Made by a program: the position numbers and the translations under genes. From assembly GCA_951406725.2 (NCBI GenBank), contig OX597821.1, positions 29,574,001-29,638,000 of the forward strand: 64,000 bases of DNA. The letters are read 5' to 3'. Positions 42,562-54,565 of this stretch are shown here, one piece after another. The notes beneath the pieces are model-generated. The model did no database searches and was not told the origin of the DNA. It was given only the letters and a program-made list of their open reading frames with translations. The stretch is from Octopus vulgaris. Its lineage: Eukaryota. Within the stretch, counting starts at the first letter, position 1, and the number at the start of each line of letters is the position of its first letter.

Positions 42562-43759
42562 AGTTCATGTGAGGTTGGTTGCGGATAAAAGTCAATAGAA
42601 AGAAAATGCAAATAAATATATTATGATACCCTGGATGTGTAAAACTGAAATAACTAATTAGTGCATAATGAGTTGCCTTCCTCAACAGAGAAAAGGGTAG
42701 AGACTCCAAGGTAATAATTTAGAAGTTATTGATATAGTGTGGTGTCTCCCTTAGCTATTAGTAATTTGTTGATCTTTTTTTTTTAGACTTTTCTTTTACA
42801 TATTTTTTTCTACTTTAACCTAACGAGGAAGAGGTTGTATGATTGTACAGTAGATTGACACCTACTCCCAGTAAACTATAGGTACGGCTACTTACTTTAA
42901 CGATGTCCCACCCACTTAGAAAGATAAACGATAATAAAAAAAGAACCTCACCTCTGCTTTTCAGATTTAGACTTAGACACAGAAATAGAAGTCACTGAAA
43001 TTGTAGAATGAATAAAAGTGTAAATATGAAGGTTAATGCAATTGTAATAAATGGCTTTCTACCCCAAACAGTACTGATTTCCTCTAAGTAACCTTATCTT
43101 GAAGACGGGTGTTATAAGGAGGGTGGAGAAAAGAGGATATTTTAATTTTTTTATCTTTTTTTTTTGTAGTTTCTGACCTTTTATAAATAAATATACCTTA
43201 ATTAGACATGATTTATAATTTTCCAACAACTTTAGATCTTAGTGCATAAGTAGAGTAATCTTATACAGTGCTATGCAACAATATCGTATTTCTATTCATC
43301 ACTAACGTACAGCAAATAGTGTAACAGAGTAAAGACTGAACATCGCAATAAAATTAATACCATGTGTTGAAATGACAGTATTTACAAATGATGTAAATAA
43401 ATGTGAATTAGATATGTGTGTGTGTGTATGTGTATATATACACGCACACACATACATTTAGCATAGAAATATGAGTAAAACACCTTGAATAAATATCTTT
43501 GGTTTAAATGTTGTGTGAGATGGTACCATTTGTTATCATATGACATAGAATATCTAAGCATAAGAAGTGATATGTATGATGTTGTTGATGGTGTTTAGCG
43601 ACAGGTTAGCCTTGATTAAACAGGTCTATGTTTTAAAGCAATCCTGCTGTGACCATCCTGTCTCTGACTAGCATCCAAAGTGCGTTCCCTTTTAAAAACA
43701 ACAGAGCTTGATATGAAGGAATTATTCAATGTTTTGATAGACAGAAACTGTACAGAAGC

Positions 43760-43797
<38 letters not shown>

Positions 43798-43879
43798 TAT
43801 GTGTGCAAATGTGCATGCATGCATGCGTGTGTCTTTGTCTTTACTTTAACAACCACTTGATCTGTGATTACATTGTTAA

Positions 43880-44218
43880 GGTAAGTTAAGTTAAGTTAAT
43901 TTTTTGGCTCAAAAAGCAAAAAGGAAGGCCATGTAGGGGGACAATAAGCTATGTACCGGGTGGTGTTCATGCAAAGAGTTCAGGCCATTTCTGGTCAAGA
44001 GAGACTTTGAACCGAGCAGTCGTCGGCATCTTCACTATCTCAACCGGCAGCTTATTCCACGGATCCACAACCCGGACGGAGAAAGCCCCTCTCCTTCGAT
44101 TGAGATGAAATCGTCGCAGATAGAGCTTTTCGGAGTGACCCCGCAGCCGATGCTCTGGAGCAGGAGTGAAGAACAGCTCTCTCGAGAGGTTACACTTTCT
44201 GCTTATGATGTTGTGAGT
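43880..44218 (-). mobile_element. Young 5'-truncated CR1-clade LINE (ORF2 C-terminus, 3'UTR, (TTAAC)n tail)
   Basis: Open frame RLRGHSEKLYLRRFHLNRRRGAFSVRVVDPWNKLP..FKVSLD matches the CR1 ORF2 end (RGH..KL..FFS.RVV..WN.LP..FK..LD); CpG-rich; tandem gttaa tail at 43880-43900. Confidence 0.9.
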
Positions 44219-44844
44219 AAACAAAAATCCTGAAGCTTGACAGTTCAATGTCTAAAGACTTGGAATAATTAAAGAAAACTGGCACCACATGAAGAAGAGC
44301 ATCCAACTATAGAACACTCCCTCAAGAAATTTTGTTTATCCCAAGCCAACCTGTGTAATAAACAAATGTAAAAGTGATGATGGTGACAAGACATAACCAT
44401 GAATTTGTAAAATTAAAGATTGCTTAATTTTCTGCAACAAAAATGCATCTTATTACATTCTTATACACTTGTAATTTGCTTCTGATGAAATATGGTTTCC
44501 CACTTCTGCTCTATATGACTCCCTAAACTGCAATAAATAGTAAAATTTCTCTCAAACCACAAATGACCATCTTATAAAGGGACAAACTAAATGTTTTTCA
44601 AGGTACAGCTGAAAAAAATTATAAAAATGATGGGCTGGTTATTGTCTGCATACATTTGCTCAATCAGGTTTAACTAAGGAGCCTAAACAACAATTCTGCA
44701 TTAAGCTAGTGAGGGAACCATTGCATGGTCACTTCAGCTGTTAGATATAACAACCAAACTCCTTCAGAACACACTAGTTAAATGCTGTCTTAAGCCTACA
44801 GGCCTATTATGTCAGAGTTTATTCAAATTTCCACTGCATTTAGT

Positions 44845-45120
44845 TGCCAGCGCCGCCCCAACTGGCCTCCGTGCCGGTGGCACGTAAAAAGCACCATCCG
44901 TCCGTGGCTGTCTGCCAGCCCCGTTTGGCACCTGTGCGGGTGGCACGTAAAAAGCACTCACTACACTCATGGAGTGGTTGGCGTTAGGAAGAGCATCCAG
45001 CCGTAGAAACACTGCTAGATCAGACTGGGCCTGGTGCAGCCTTCAGGCTTCCCAGACCCCAGTTGAACCGTCCAACCCATGCTAGCATGGAAAGCGGACA
45101 CTAAATGATGATGATGATGA
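44845..45120 (+). mobile_element. Young family C (RTE 3'-end-type) repeat with (ATG)n tail
   Basis: CpG-rich, duplicated tggcacgtaaaaagcac motif, ends ...ccatgctagcatggaaagcggacactaaatgatgatgatgatga. Confidence 0.85.
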
Positions 45121-46560
45121 TTTAAGCAACGGAGAGTACAAAACTCCCCTTCTCACTGAATGGAATGCCAGTCTGTAGCATGTTTAATAAACCTCGCTAC
45201 ACACACACACATGCATGTACACCACCACCAACTGCTGCTAATAAACATTTTCGAGTGAGTAAATTAAAGCAATGTGAAGCGAGGTTTGTTGCTAAAATAC
45301 ACAACATACTGCTCAGCCACAGGACTAGAACCTACGACCAAACAATCATAAACCCAACACCCACACCACTTGCTTTCATGAATTCACACAGAAACATCTT
45401 AAACGAAACAGGTCCAACAAAAGAAATAAGTTGGTCATTTTTTAATGTCTTTGATTCTACTGATCAGGAGTGGACCTAAACAACAATTCTGCACTGGGCT
45501 AATAAGGGAACTATCACATGGTCACTCCATCCGTTAGAAATAGCAACCAAAGTTCCTTCAAATCACACTTGGATAAAGTAGTTAAAGTCTGTTTGAAGCC
45601 TATTGAGAGAATAATGATACAAAGAGAAAGTCAGTGCGCATTTTAGAAACGACAAAGCCACATGCCTTTCACATACATATTCACACAGAAACATCTTAAA
45701 ATAGGACACATTAGATAATGATTATCTGAGAAACATTACCCCAGAACAGAAGATGGTATGGTTTTGCAAGGATGGAATGTCTTTCTTTAATCATACGTCT
45801 AGCTGTCAGCTCTACTAGAGCTGACCCAGGGCGAAACAACTAAAACAATTCTACATGATATTACACTTAAATAATTCTTTAAAAGATGGAAACTCGAAAA
45901 CAAGTAGCTGGAATCTCAGACATTTTGAATAAATCATCATCATCCTACACAAAAATTCCATGTCTTTTTTTGCATTTGGTTGTGTTTCTTGTTTTGTTTT
46001 GCGTCTATTTTGACATAATTTGTTTCTGATTTAATAAGCTGTATGCGCATGACTCTATTTTGGTCTTATTGTATAAGACACTCATAGATTGATTGGCTGT
46101 CTAGTATAGCGCTGTCATTTAGAATGATGGCCGCTGTGTATGGTATTCGCAGTATTATCATTAAGTAAGATGCCTTTGAGAGAGAGAGAGAGAGGTGGGG
46201 ACGGAAAGAAAGAGAGTGAGAGAATAGAAGGTCAGGATAACTGAACAAGAAAGAGTACAATGTAGAGACGGAAAGAAAAGAGAGAATAAAAGGTATGGAC
46301 AAAGAGAAAAAGAGAAAAATACAGAAAGAGACAGAAAAAGACAAATAAAAGAGAGTAAAAGGTAGAGGCAGAAAGAAGAAGAGAGTAGATGATAGAGATG
46401 GAAAGGAAATGAGAACAGAAGATAGAGGCAGAAAAAAAAAAGAATGCAAGAGAGAGAGAGACAGACAGACAGGTGTGAGATAGAATAGAAGTTAGTGAGA
46501 AAAAGGAAAAGAACAAAAGGTGAGGAGTGAAGGGAAAAGAAAAAATAGGAGGAAGCAAAG

Positions 46561-46890
46561 GCGAGAGGAGTGCAGAGGGAGGAGATAGGAGAGAGGAGTG
46601 CAGAGGGAGGGAGCAGGAGAGAGAGGAGTGCAGATGGAAGGGGCAGGAGAGAGAGGAGTGCAGAGGGAGCAGGAGAGAGAGGAGTGCAGATGGAGAGGGC
46701 AGGAGAGAGAGGAGTGCAGAGGGAGGGGGCAGGAGAGAGAGTGCAGATAGAGGGGGAAGGAGAGAGAGAGTGCAGATAGAGGGGGCAGGAGAGAGAGGAG
46801 TGCAGAGGGAGGGAGTAGGAGAGAGAGGAGTGCAGAGGGAGGGAGCAGGAGAGAGAGAGAGGAGTGCAGAGGGAGGGGCAGAGAGAGAGA
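46561..46890. repeat. ~30-bp purine-rich minisatellite (GAGAGAGGAGTGCAGAGGGAGGGGGCAGGA), ~11 copies
   Basis: Repeated gagtgcaga core with ~26-32 bp spacing, within a purine-biased tract ~46170-46930. Confidence 0.9.
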
Positions 46891-47744
46891 GAGACACACA
46901 GAGACAGCCAAATAGACAGACAGACAGAGCTGAAAAACAATGGAAAAGCTAGTATCTCTCTGAGCAAATTCACACCTTTTATTCCATGTTGATATCAGGT
47001 GTTGTAAGTTTGAAAAATCAGAATACCTCCATGTGGGTATTCTTATAAGAACTTTTATTCATTACAGATTTCAATCATTTCCATTTTTAATGTAAATTTT
47101 AGCTCTTTTGTTGGAGCCTCTTTCTTCAAGCTTCCAATTTTGAATGCTATATTTATGTATTGTATATCAACATATTATTGTGGGAACATACCTCCAGGGA
47201 GTGTTCTACATAATATATATACTCTTACAGAAGCATCTCACAAATGTAATATGGTGAGGTAGAAAGCTTCAGTCAACTGAAAATACACAAGCAATACATG
47301 AAGAAAATCTCCCGCTAATGGTGTTGATGTTGGTAACTAAAAACCCAGGGAGTCAACTTCAGTCAGATAATCAACAGATGTTAATTTTTCCAGGCTGAAT
47401 TTGTTGAAGCAGATCTTCTAGAGTTGAGACCCATCCTGTAGGGAACCCTTACCTGTTCCCAATGAGGTTATTTCATATGCCCAGATATATTTTTTTACAG
47501 AAGACTGCTTGTATGACAGTGATACTCATTTTTCACCTTGATGTCAAGACAAAAGTACATAAACACACCTATATAAATATAAAACACCCACTACACACTT
47601 GGAGTGGTTGGTGTTAGGAAGAGCATCCAGCTGTAGAAACATTGCCAGATCAGACTGGAGCCTGGTGCAGCCGCTGGCTCTCCAAACCTCAGTCAAACCG
47701 CCCAACTTATGCCAGCATGGAAAATAGACGTTAAATGATGATGA

Positions 47745-47787
<43 letters not shown>

Positions 47788-47803
47788 CACACACACACAC
47801 ATA

Positions 47804-47844
<41 letters not shown>

Positions 47845-47887
47845 TACACTATATATATATATATATATTATATATATATGTGTGTGT

Positions 47888-48029
47888 AACTAAAAATAAG
47901 GGTGCCTGAGAGACACCACCATCCCAAAATAGCAGTCAAATCCCTGACTCTAAAGACCACCTTAAAGAGTCAGGGATTTGACTGCTATTTCAGCATCGTG
48001 GTGTCTCTCAGACACCCTTATTTTTAGTT
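47888..48029. repeat. 142-bp near-perfect hairpin (inverted repeat)
   Basis: 47927-47951 / 47966-47990 are 25/25 complementary; 47888-47919 / 47998-48029 are 31/32; 14-nt loop. Confidence 0.95.
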
Positions 48030-48655
48030 GTAAAAAATTCTTACCTTTGTATGGTATTTTTTTCCATGCTGGCCACTTGATAATATCGATATTTAAATAT
48101 CGATGTATCATCAGCATCATCATTGGCCTAATGTCTACTTTTCCATACATGAAAAGATTAGACAAGAGTATGCTGGGGCAGAGTTTTCTATAGCCAGATG
48201 CCATTCCTGATGCCAAACCTACCCATTTCCATGTGAGGTAGCAATCCCTCAGTCTACTAAACAATGACTAACCCAAACATGGTTACACAGAGCACTAGAG
48301 ACTAACGGCACCATATAAATTAACCTCTTGTTTATAAAGATTGTGTAACCCATCAAGAAGTTTGGGCATGCATTCAGAATGGACAACAACCAAACAGCTC
48401 GGTCCGCATGAACCTTTAGGCCATTGTATACAAGCAAACACACAATAAGACAAAGAGAAATATGAACTCACTAACGTACTAAGCACACAGATATATATAT
48501 ATGTATACACACTTAATAGGCTTCAATCAGTTTCCATCGACTAAATCTATTCACAAGCCTTTGGTTGGCCCAAGGTGCTAAGCATTGAGAGTGACTCCAA
48601 AATTACATGGTTGTGAAGCAAACTTCTTAACTATAAAGACATGAAGTGCTTATGT

Positions 48656-49267
48656 CAGTGGTTCTCAGCCTTTCTAATATTTGGACCAGATCCAAAACCC
48701 AGAAGTTTTTTTAGGGTGTTCACACCAAAAAGTAAAAGACAAGTCAGTTGAAGAAAAATTGGATTTTTTCAGTTTGAACGGCAGTTTTTTCTAGCGCTGT
48801 CATATGAAATTGTCACCCATAATTATGACCCTAGTATCGATCTATTGCATTTCAATCTATTTTAGGGTTAGGGTTAGGGGTGGGGGGAAGGGTATCTTTT
48901 TTTCTTCACAAATGTAAATAAACCCAATCTGTTTCTTAAACGAGGGACATATTCATACGGCACAGAATGTTTTCACCTTCAATAGACGTCAGTGATTGGT
49001 TGAAATTGCAGAAATTGAAGAAAAAAACAACAAATATCTTACAAACTATAGAATTTTCTCAATAAAGCCAAGAGAAAAAGATGTTTTATAAACACATTCT
49101 ACCAGCATATGAAGTTTAAAATTTTTTAGTTACCTAGAAATTATGTTAAAAACTTCCATTCAAACCGAAAAGATCCATAAAAGTTTTTATATTTATAGAG
49201 GGAAGACCATCAAGGGCTGCTGGAAAGATGCTTGAAAGTTACATGTGACCATGGTTGAGATCTGCTG
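48656..49267. mobile_element. Old hAT/Charlie-like MITE hosting a nested MITE
   Basis: Ends cagtggttctcagcc / ggttgagatctgctg; 8-bp flanks match only 5/8. Confidence 0.55.
48761..49176. mobile_element. TTAGGG-containing MITE, copy 2 (same orientation as copy 1)
   Basis: Highly similar to 40839-41276 across its length; shorter telomere-like tract ttagggttagggttagggg. Confidence 0.9.
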
Positions 49268-50999
49268 GGCTATATAAATAATCTATGTTTCGTCTTTGTG
49301 ATTTTATCCATTAAACATATCACACTTATATATAAGATTCAGCAGGCACTCTAGGAAATTCCCTTTATCAAATGGAGTTCACAATGATTTCAGAAACTTG
49401 CCACAGTATCACTCCCCCCAGTAATGTTCAGTAGCATTCATGTTAAGCATTAATTTTACATATGTAAACTGTATTGATCATAATGCACTACGTGCTAAAC
49501 AGTTTGTTATAAATATATGCCAACCATCTAGTTATGTCACTAACTACATAATTATGCCTTTGGTGGTATGCACGCATATAGATACATCATCATTGTTGTA
49601 ACATATCTTTTTCTATGTTCGCATAACCCAGGCAGAATTCTTTCAGGAAGAATTTCTACAGCTGGATGCCTTTTTTGTTATCAAGCCTTTATCTGTTTAC
49701 AAGTAATTTAATATTTCCCCATGACAGGAGATGGTTTCACAGAAGATTAGAAATTAATGACAACACATATATGATGCTAAGACTTGTTTAAAACTATCAG
49801 AAAATGTGAAGAAAAGGAGATACTAACATTTACACGTGTTTATATATGTATAGATACATGCGTGTGCATGTATGTGTGTGTGTTTACATATGTTGTACAT
49901 ATATGTTTGTATGTGCCATACACACATGTTTGCACACATATGTGTGCACACTGTATATGTGTGCATGTGTATGTATGTGTGTGCATGCAACAGGGTTCTT
50001 TCAGATTCTTTCTTCCAAATCTACACACAAATTTTTAGTTGGATCAGAGTTATAAAAAAAAGGCTCTGGGATTGAACCCAGAACCATGTGGTTGGGAAGT
50101 AAATGTGCAGGCATGCATGTATAAGGATTTGTATTTATAAGAATATAGTTTGTTTGTTCTGTAAACATATACATCTTTGCATGATGTCTGTAAATAATTT
50201 GTGTATTTATTTGTAGGTGTATGTGTGTGCACATGTAGATACCTGTTTGTATGTGTGTGTAGGTGCCTATGTGTTCATTAATCAATCAATTTTTGTAGAT
50301 TTATTTTGTAGATCAAATCAATATAGGCACATTTTATATTTATTTTTTTATTTTCGTGGAATGACTTAAAATTATACACAGCATGTGCTCTGTGTTTGTA
50401 CTCAAAAACAGAAACACACATCTATGTATTCATTGATCCTCTTTGTGTGTTGGCTGTGTGTGGGAGTGGGATATTTACGTATATGTGTTCATAGGAAGAT
50501 TTCATAGAAAAAAAAAACTGTCCATTGTCTAACTATATTTGCTTTGCATGTTTTTATTGATGCGTGTGTATGAATGCATTATGTGGGATGGGGGCATTAT
50601 AAGTAAACTATATATACTCTAAAGTACATGTACTTTAGAGTACACACACACACACACACATATGCAAACACACACAATTATAACACTGACTTTCTGGTTA
50701 CTGATCATCCAGAACCTTTTATAATCTGTACTAATTTATGAGCAAGAATTTAAAATACCGGCAGCTGTCAGATTAGTTTAATGGAAACTATCACAGAATA
50801 ATACTTTGCCCGTAACACAATATTTTTGTATTAATTATACTAATGAACAGGTACTTGTATTTCATTTGATTATTAAGGTAAATTTAATATTTGCTTAATT
50901 TAGAGTGTGTTGCCCTAAGTGACCAACCCTGGTTCAGAACAAAATCAACAATCTGGAAAGGCTTTGTGACCAAAGCTTCTAGAAAGTCAATGTTCTTTC

Positions 51000-51350
51000 T
51001 TTGGTAGGGGCCACAGATCTCGCCAATACATGAGAGATTGGTGCCATTAACATTCTTCCTGAACTGTTGAAGGTTGGTGACTGTAGAAAAATCAGGTACA
51101 GGGAAGGAATATACAACATGAGCAACAGGAGAAGCAGAAGTGAGGAAGATAAGGGACCTGAGGCAACATGAGAACAGCTAGATTCATAAAACAGGGACGA
51201 TAGAGGTAGAAAAAAGAAATAGAGAGGAGACAGCAAGTGTGTTTGTTGGAGACTTTATGCTAATCAGCTGAGTAGTAGCACAGTTCCAGATGTGGGATCA
51301 ATATTAGACAAGAGTCTCACCTGAGTTATGGAGATAGTAGTGTAGGTGTA
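51000..51350 (-). mobile_element. Decayed Jockey/L2-like LINE 3' fragment (same family as 40381-40760)
   Basis: Minus fragments HIWNCAT, AVSSLFLF, NLQQFRKNVNGTNL. Confidence 0.45.
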
Positions 51351-51740
51351 CATCGTATGTAACATATGCATCATGTGTGCATGAATTTGAAAATTATCAC
51401 ATACTTTCAAAACAAAACTGTACCTATCTGGTTGACGTTATAAATTCAATATGCTAAAGAGTGACAGTAATATCTACCATATTTTATAAAATTGGATACA
51501 TATGGTGAACATGTGTGTGTATGTGGGTGAGTGTTTATAAGAAAAAAAAAAAGTAAGCATTTCAGAGAGAGTGAGAATGAGGAATAAATAATATAATTAA
51601 CAACAGAACAGTTATGAAAGGACAAGAAAGTACAGATGAAGCAACCAGGATATACAGAGAGAAAGTGAATTAGAGAAAAGACAAACACTATTGACGAGAG
51701 AGAAAGAGAGGGAAACACAGACAGAATAAAGGTAATGCTA

Positions 51741-51800
<60 letters not shown>

Positions 51801-51838
51801 ATTCATGTGTGCATGCTATGTATATATGTTTATGTGAT

Positions 51839-51839
<1 letters not shown>

Positions 51840-51869
<30 letters not shown>

Positions 51870-51979
51870 CGATAGATAGATAGATAGAGATAGACAGATA
51901 GACAGAAAGAGATAAATAGATAGATAATTAGATAGATAGATAGAGATAGACAGATAGACAGAGATAGATAGATAATTAT

Positions 51980-52036
<57 letters not shown>

Positions 52037-52080
52037 GACAGACAGACAGACAGATAAACAAACAAACAGACAGACAGACA
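51840..52080. repeat. (GATA)n/(GACA)n microsatellite
   Basis: Direct inspection. Confidence 0.95.
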
Positions 52081-52989
52081 CACATAGGTATTAGGGAAAG
52101 AGAAATAAGGTGTAGGAATTTGAGAATAAACAGATGGAGGATGTGACTACACACTGAGCAGATGATACACTGTATCACATGACAAAATATAAACAACAGC
52201 CTACCAAAGAAACATCACCATAATTATACTTAGAAGACAACACAATGTTATTTTGCTTGTCCAGTGTTTATGGACAAGGGGGAATGGCGTGTGTGGTTGT
52301 TTTTTCGTTAGAGGTTCTTTTTGCTGTGTGCATGAGTAAGTGTGGTATGCCACAGTTGGCTTTCCATTTAATGTCATACATTAAATACATTTTTAGAAAA
52401 ATGTAGTGATTGATAAAAAGAAAACTGTTGAGCCATTGATGACAGAGAAGTACGGTGATCCTATAAATCTAGTTTGTAGGTTGCAAGAGGAGAGGAGAAA
52501 TCATTACCATCATTACCATTTCATTACCATACAATGAATTTTATATTCATTGTATTTTCTAACGATGCTGGTAGAAACTGTGGACAGATTTTGAATGTAA
52601 TGATAGCTTTGCTGTAAATCTCAACATTGCATAACTTCTTCCTTCAGTTGTTATATGTTTAGGTCTAATCTTATTACTACTACTACTACTACTACTACAA
52701 CCATTGGTGATGAAGCCACTGTTCAGGTTTACTTTAATCTGCCTCAGCTGATCTATTGACAGAATTAGTTTAGATGTTCTAATGCAACAAAACATTGCAA
52801 GAGTTGGCCAGACAGGAGCCAATGAGGAAGCCTCTACAGTCGTGACCAGCTAGAAATAGTAGCCAAATATCTTTTACAAGGAAATCAACCCCACCAAAAA
52901 AGAAAAAAAAAGCACAAAACATATAAAACGACCAGTCAGTAAATGCTGCAGAATTTTTTTAAAATTTTTTATAGGACTTTCTAGAAAGA

Positions 52990-53640
52990 AATTTATCAGG
53001 ACTGCCTTGCTGAATGTTCACTGGTACTGCTCTTCCAGTGCTTTCATACTCAGATAAAATCTTTCATCTTGCTCTTTGTTTAAATCATAAAGCTTTTATG
53101 GAAAGTGATTTAAGTAACCAAAGAGATAATGGACCTTGATATTCATGTTACAGCAAAGCTTATTAAAATTGGATAGTATGTCCTCTGCTTAAGTAAGTTT
53201 TTGATGACTAGAACAAACTAAAACCATTCATTCATAAGACACTGCCTGTCCACTGAATTTATGAGATAAATATTTTTTTATAAGCTCTCTTATCTAGGGA
53301 CCATTAAAAATCACTGCTTTCTTCTTCTGATTTTAATTCAGGGAATTTACTGCATAAGTAGCCAAAACAGACTGTCTTTGTTCAATACCTTTAAGCTTTT
53401 GTGCCAAAATAAACTGATTTATTAATGCATAGTTGTCTTAATAGCATGCAATGTACTAAAAGCATTAATATTATGTACATATCAAAATAACAGATCTTTA
53501 ATTTAGTAGAGCTGAAAGATCATAACTGATGCCAGTTTTAGAATTAACATCCCAACTATACTCAAGAATAGGTCAAAGAAACAAATATTTATCAAACCCA
53601 ATTGATTAATGGTGCAGGAAGGTAGGAGGATATCTTCAAA
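52990..53640 (-). pseudogene. Decayed Chapaev(3)-like (CMC superfamily) DNA transposase, C-terminal catalytic region
   Basis: Minus translations EDILLPSCTINQLGLINICF (~53580-53640), KVLNKDS/CFGYLCSKFPELKSE/KKAVIFNGP*IRELIKK (~53275-53395) and MNIKVHYLFGYLNHFP*KLYDLNKEQDERFYLSMKALEEQYQ (53146-53021) follow in order the recalled motif series ILLPPLHIKLGLMKQF..KALDK..CF.YL..KFP.LS..K.KAGIF.GPQIR.L..MSIKVHFLHSHLD.FPENLG..SEEQGERFHQD...ME.RYQ. Confidence 0.75.
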
Positions 53641-54524
53641 CCAGAAACCAAGCCCATATGCTTGCAGCTTGCAAAAGAGTGGGCTGCTAAATGCACTCAA
53701 GATTTCAGGTGGCAACAGGTTAAATCTACAACTCAAGCAGACCATGGCAAGATTTGAACTCAGAATGCTAAGAACCACATGGTGTCCAGTCTGACATAGT
53801 TTCATCTATCCACTAGCATGTATTGATACATTTTTTTTATTCATGCATTTTTGAGGTTAACCTTAGCAGGATTTGAACTCACGATGTAGAGTGATGGAAA
53901 AAAATACTGCAGAGCATTCTGTTGGACACAAACTACTCTTGTGTGTGAGTGTATAGCTGCAAAATATGTATACCTACATACAGATGTATATCATCATCAT
54001 TTAACATTCATTTTCCATTCTGGCATACACACACACACACACTCACAGAACACACATAACTATATACATATAAATACATATTCATGCACTCACACACAGA
54101 AATTTCCATAACTGTATGTACACAGGAGAGAAAAGATAGATAGAAAGATAGAGAGGTAAAGATGTAAAGAATGACAGTAAAAGAAAATAGAGAAGATAGG
54201 AAGAAGAGAAAAAAAATGGAATTAGCTAGTTTAAGTCTGAATGCAACAGGAAGCAATTAAACCTTGCTTTCTCTTACCAACATATTATATTGAAATCTGT
54301 AACTCCAAGACAAATGTTTTCATGTTTATTTATTTATATACTGGTTATTGTATGTAATAAAACATCATTTCAACATTTGGTACCTGGCTTTGATGTGAAC
54401 TGGCATTGTTCAAAAGAACTAAAAGAACCCTCATTATATATATATATATATATATATATATCTGTAGAAGCATGCATGTGACTGTGAGCATTGGTCCATG
54501 TATTCATATAACTATTTATATATT

Positions 54525-54565
<41 letters not shown>

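Noticed and set aside
42825-42870. let-7-like string GAGGAAGAGGTTGTATGATT in a weak hairpin
   Set aside because: The seed is mismatched, the loop geometry is wrong, and the context looks like a decayed family A SINE tail
46561-46890. Regularly spaced ~30-bp repeats as a possible CRISPR-like array
   Set aside because: No unique spacers, low complexity and eukaryotic context; this is a plain minisatellite
46161-46973. 270-aa and 221-aa Leu/Ser/Pro-rich ORFs
   Set aside because: Product of the purine-rich minisatellite; open in several frames and with no domain signature
53640-53720. LFCKLQAYG peptide resembling LINE RT (LLxKLxAYG)
   Set aside because: Too short and unsupported by other RT motifs; the adjacent sequence is better explained as Chapaev-like transposase
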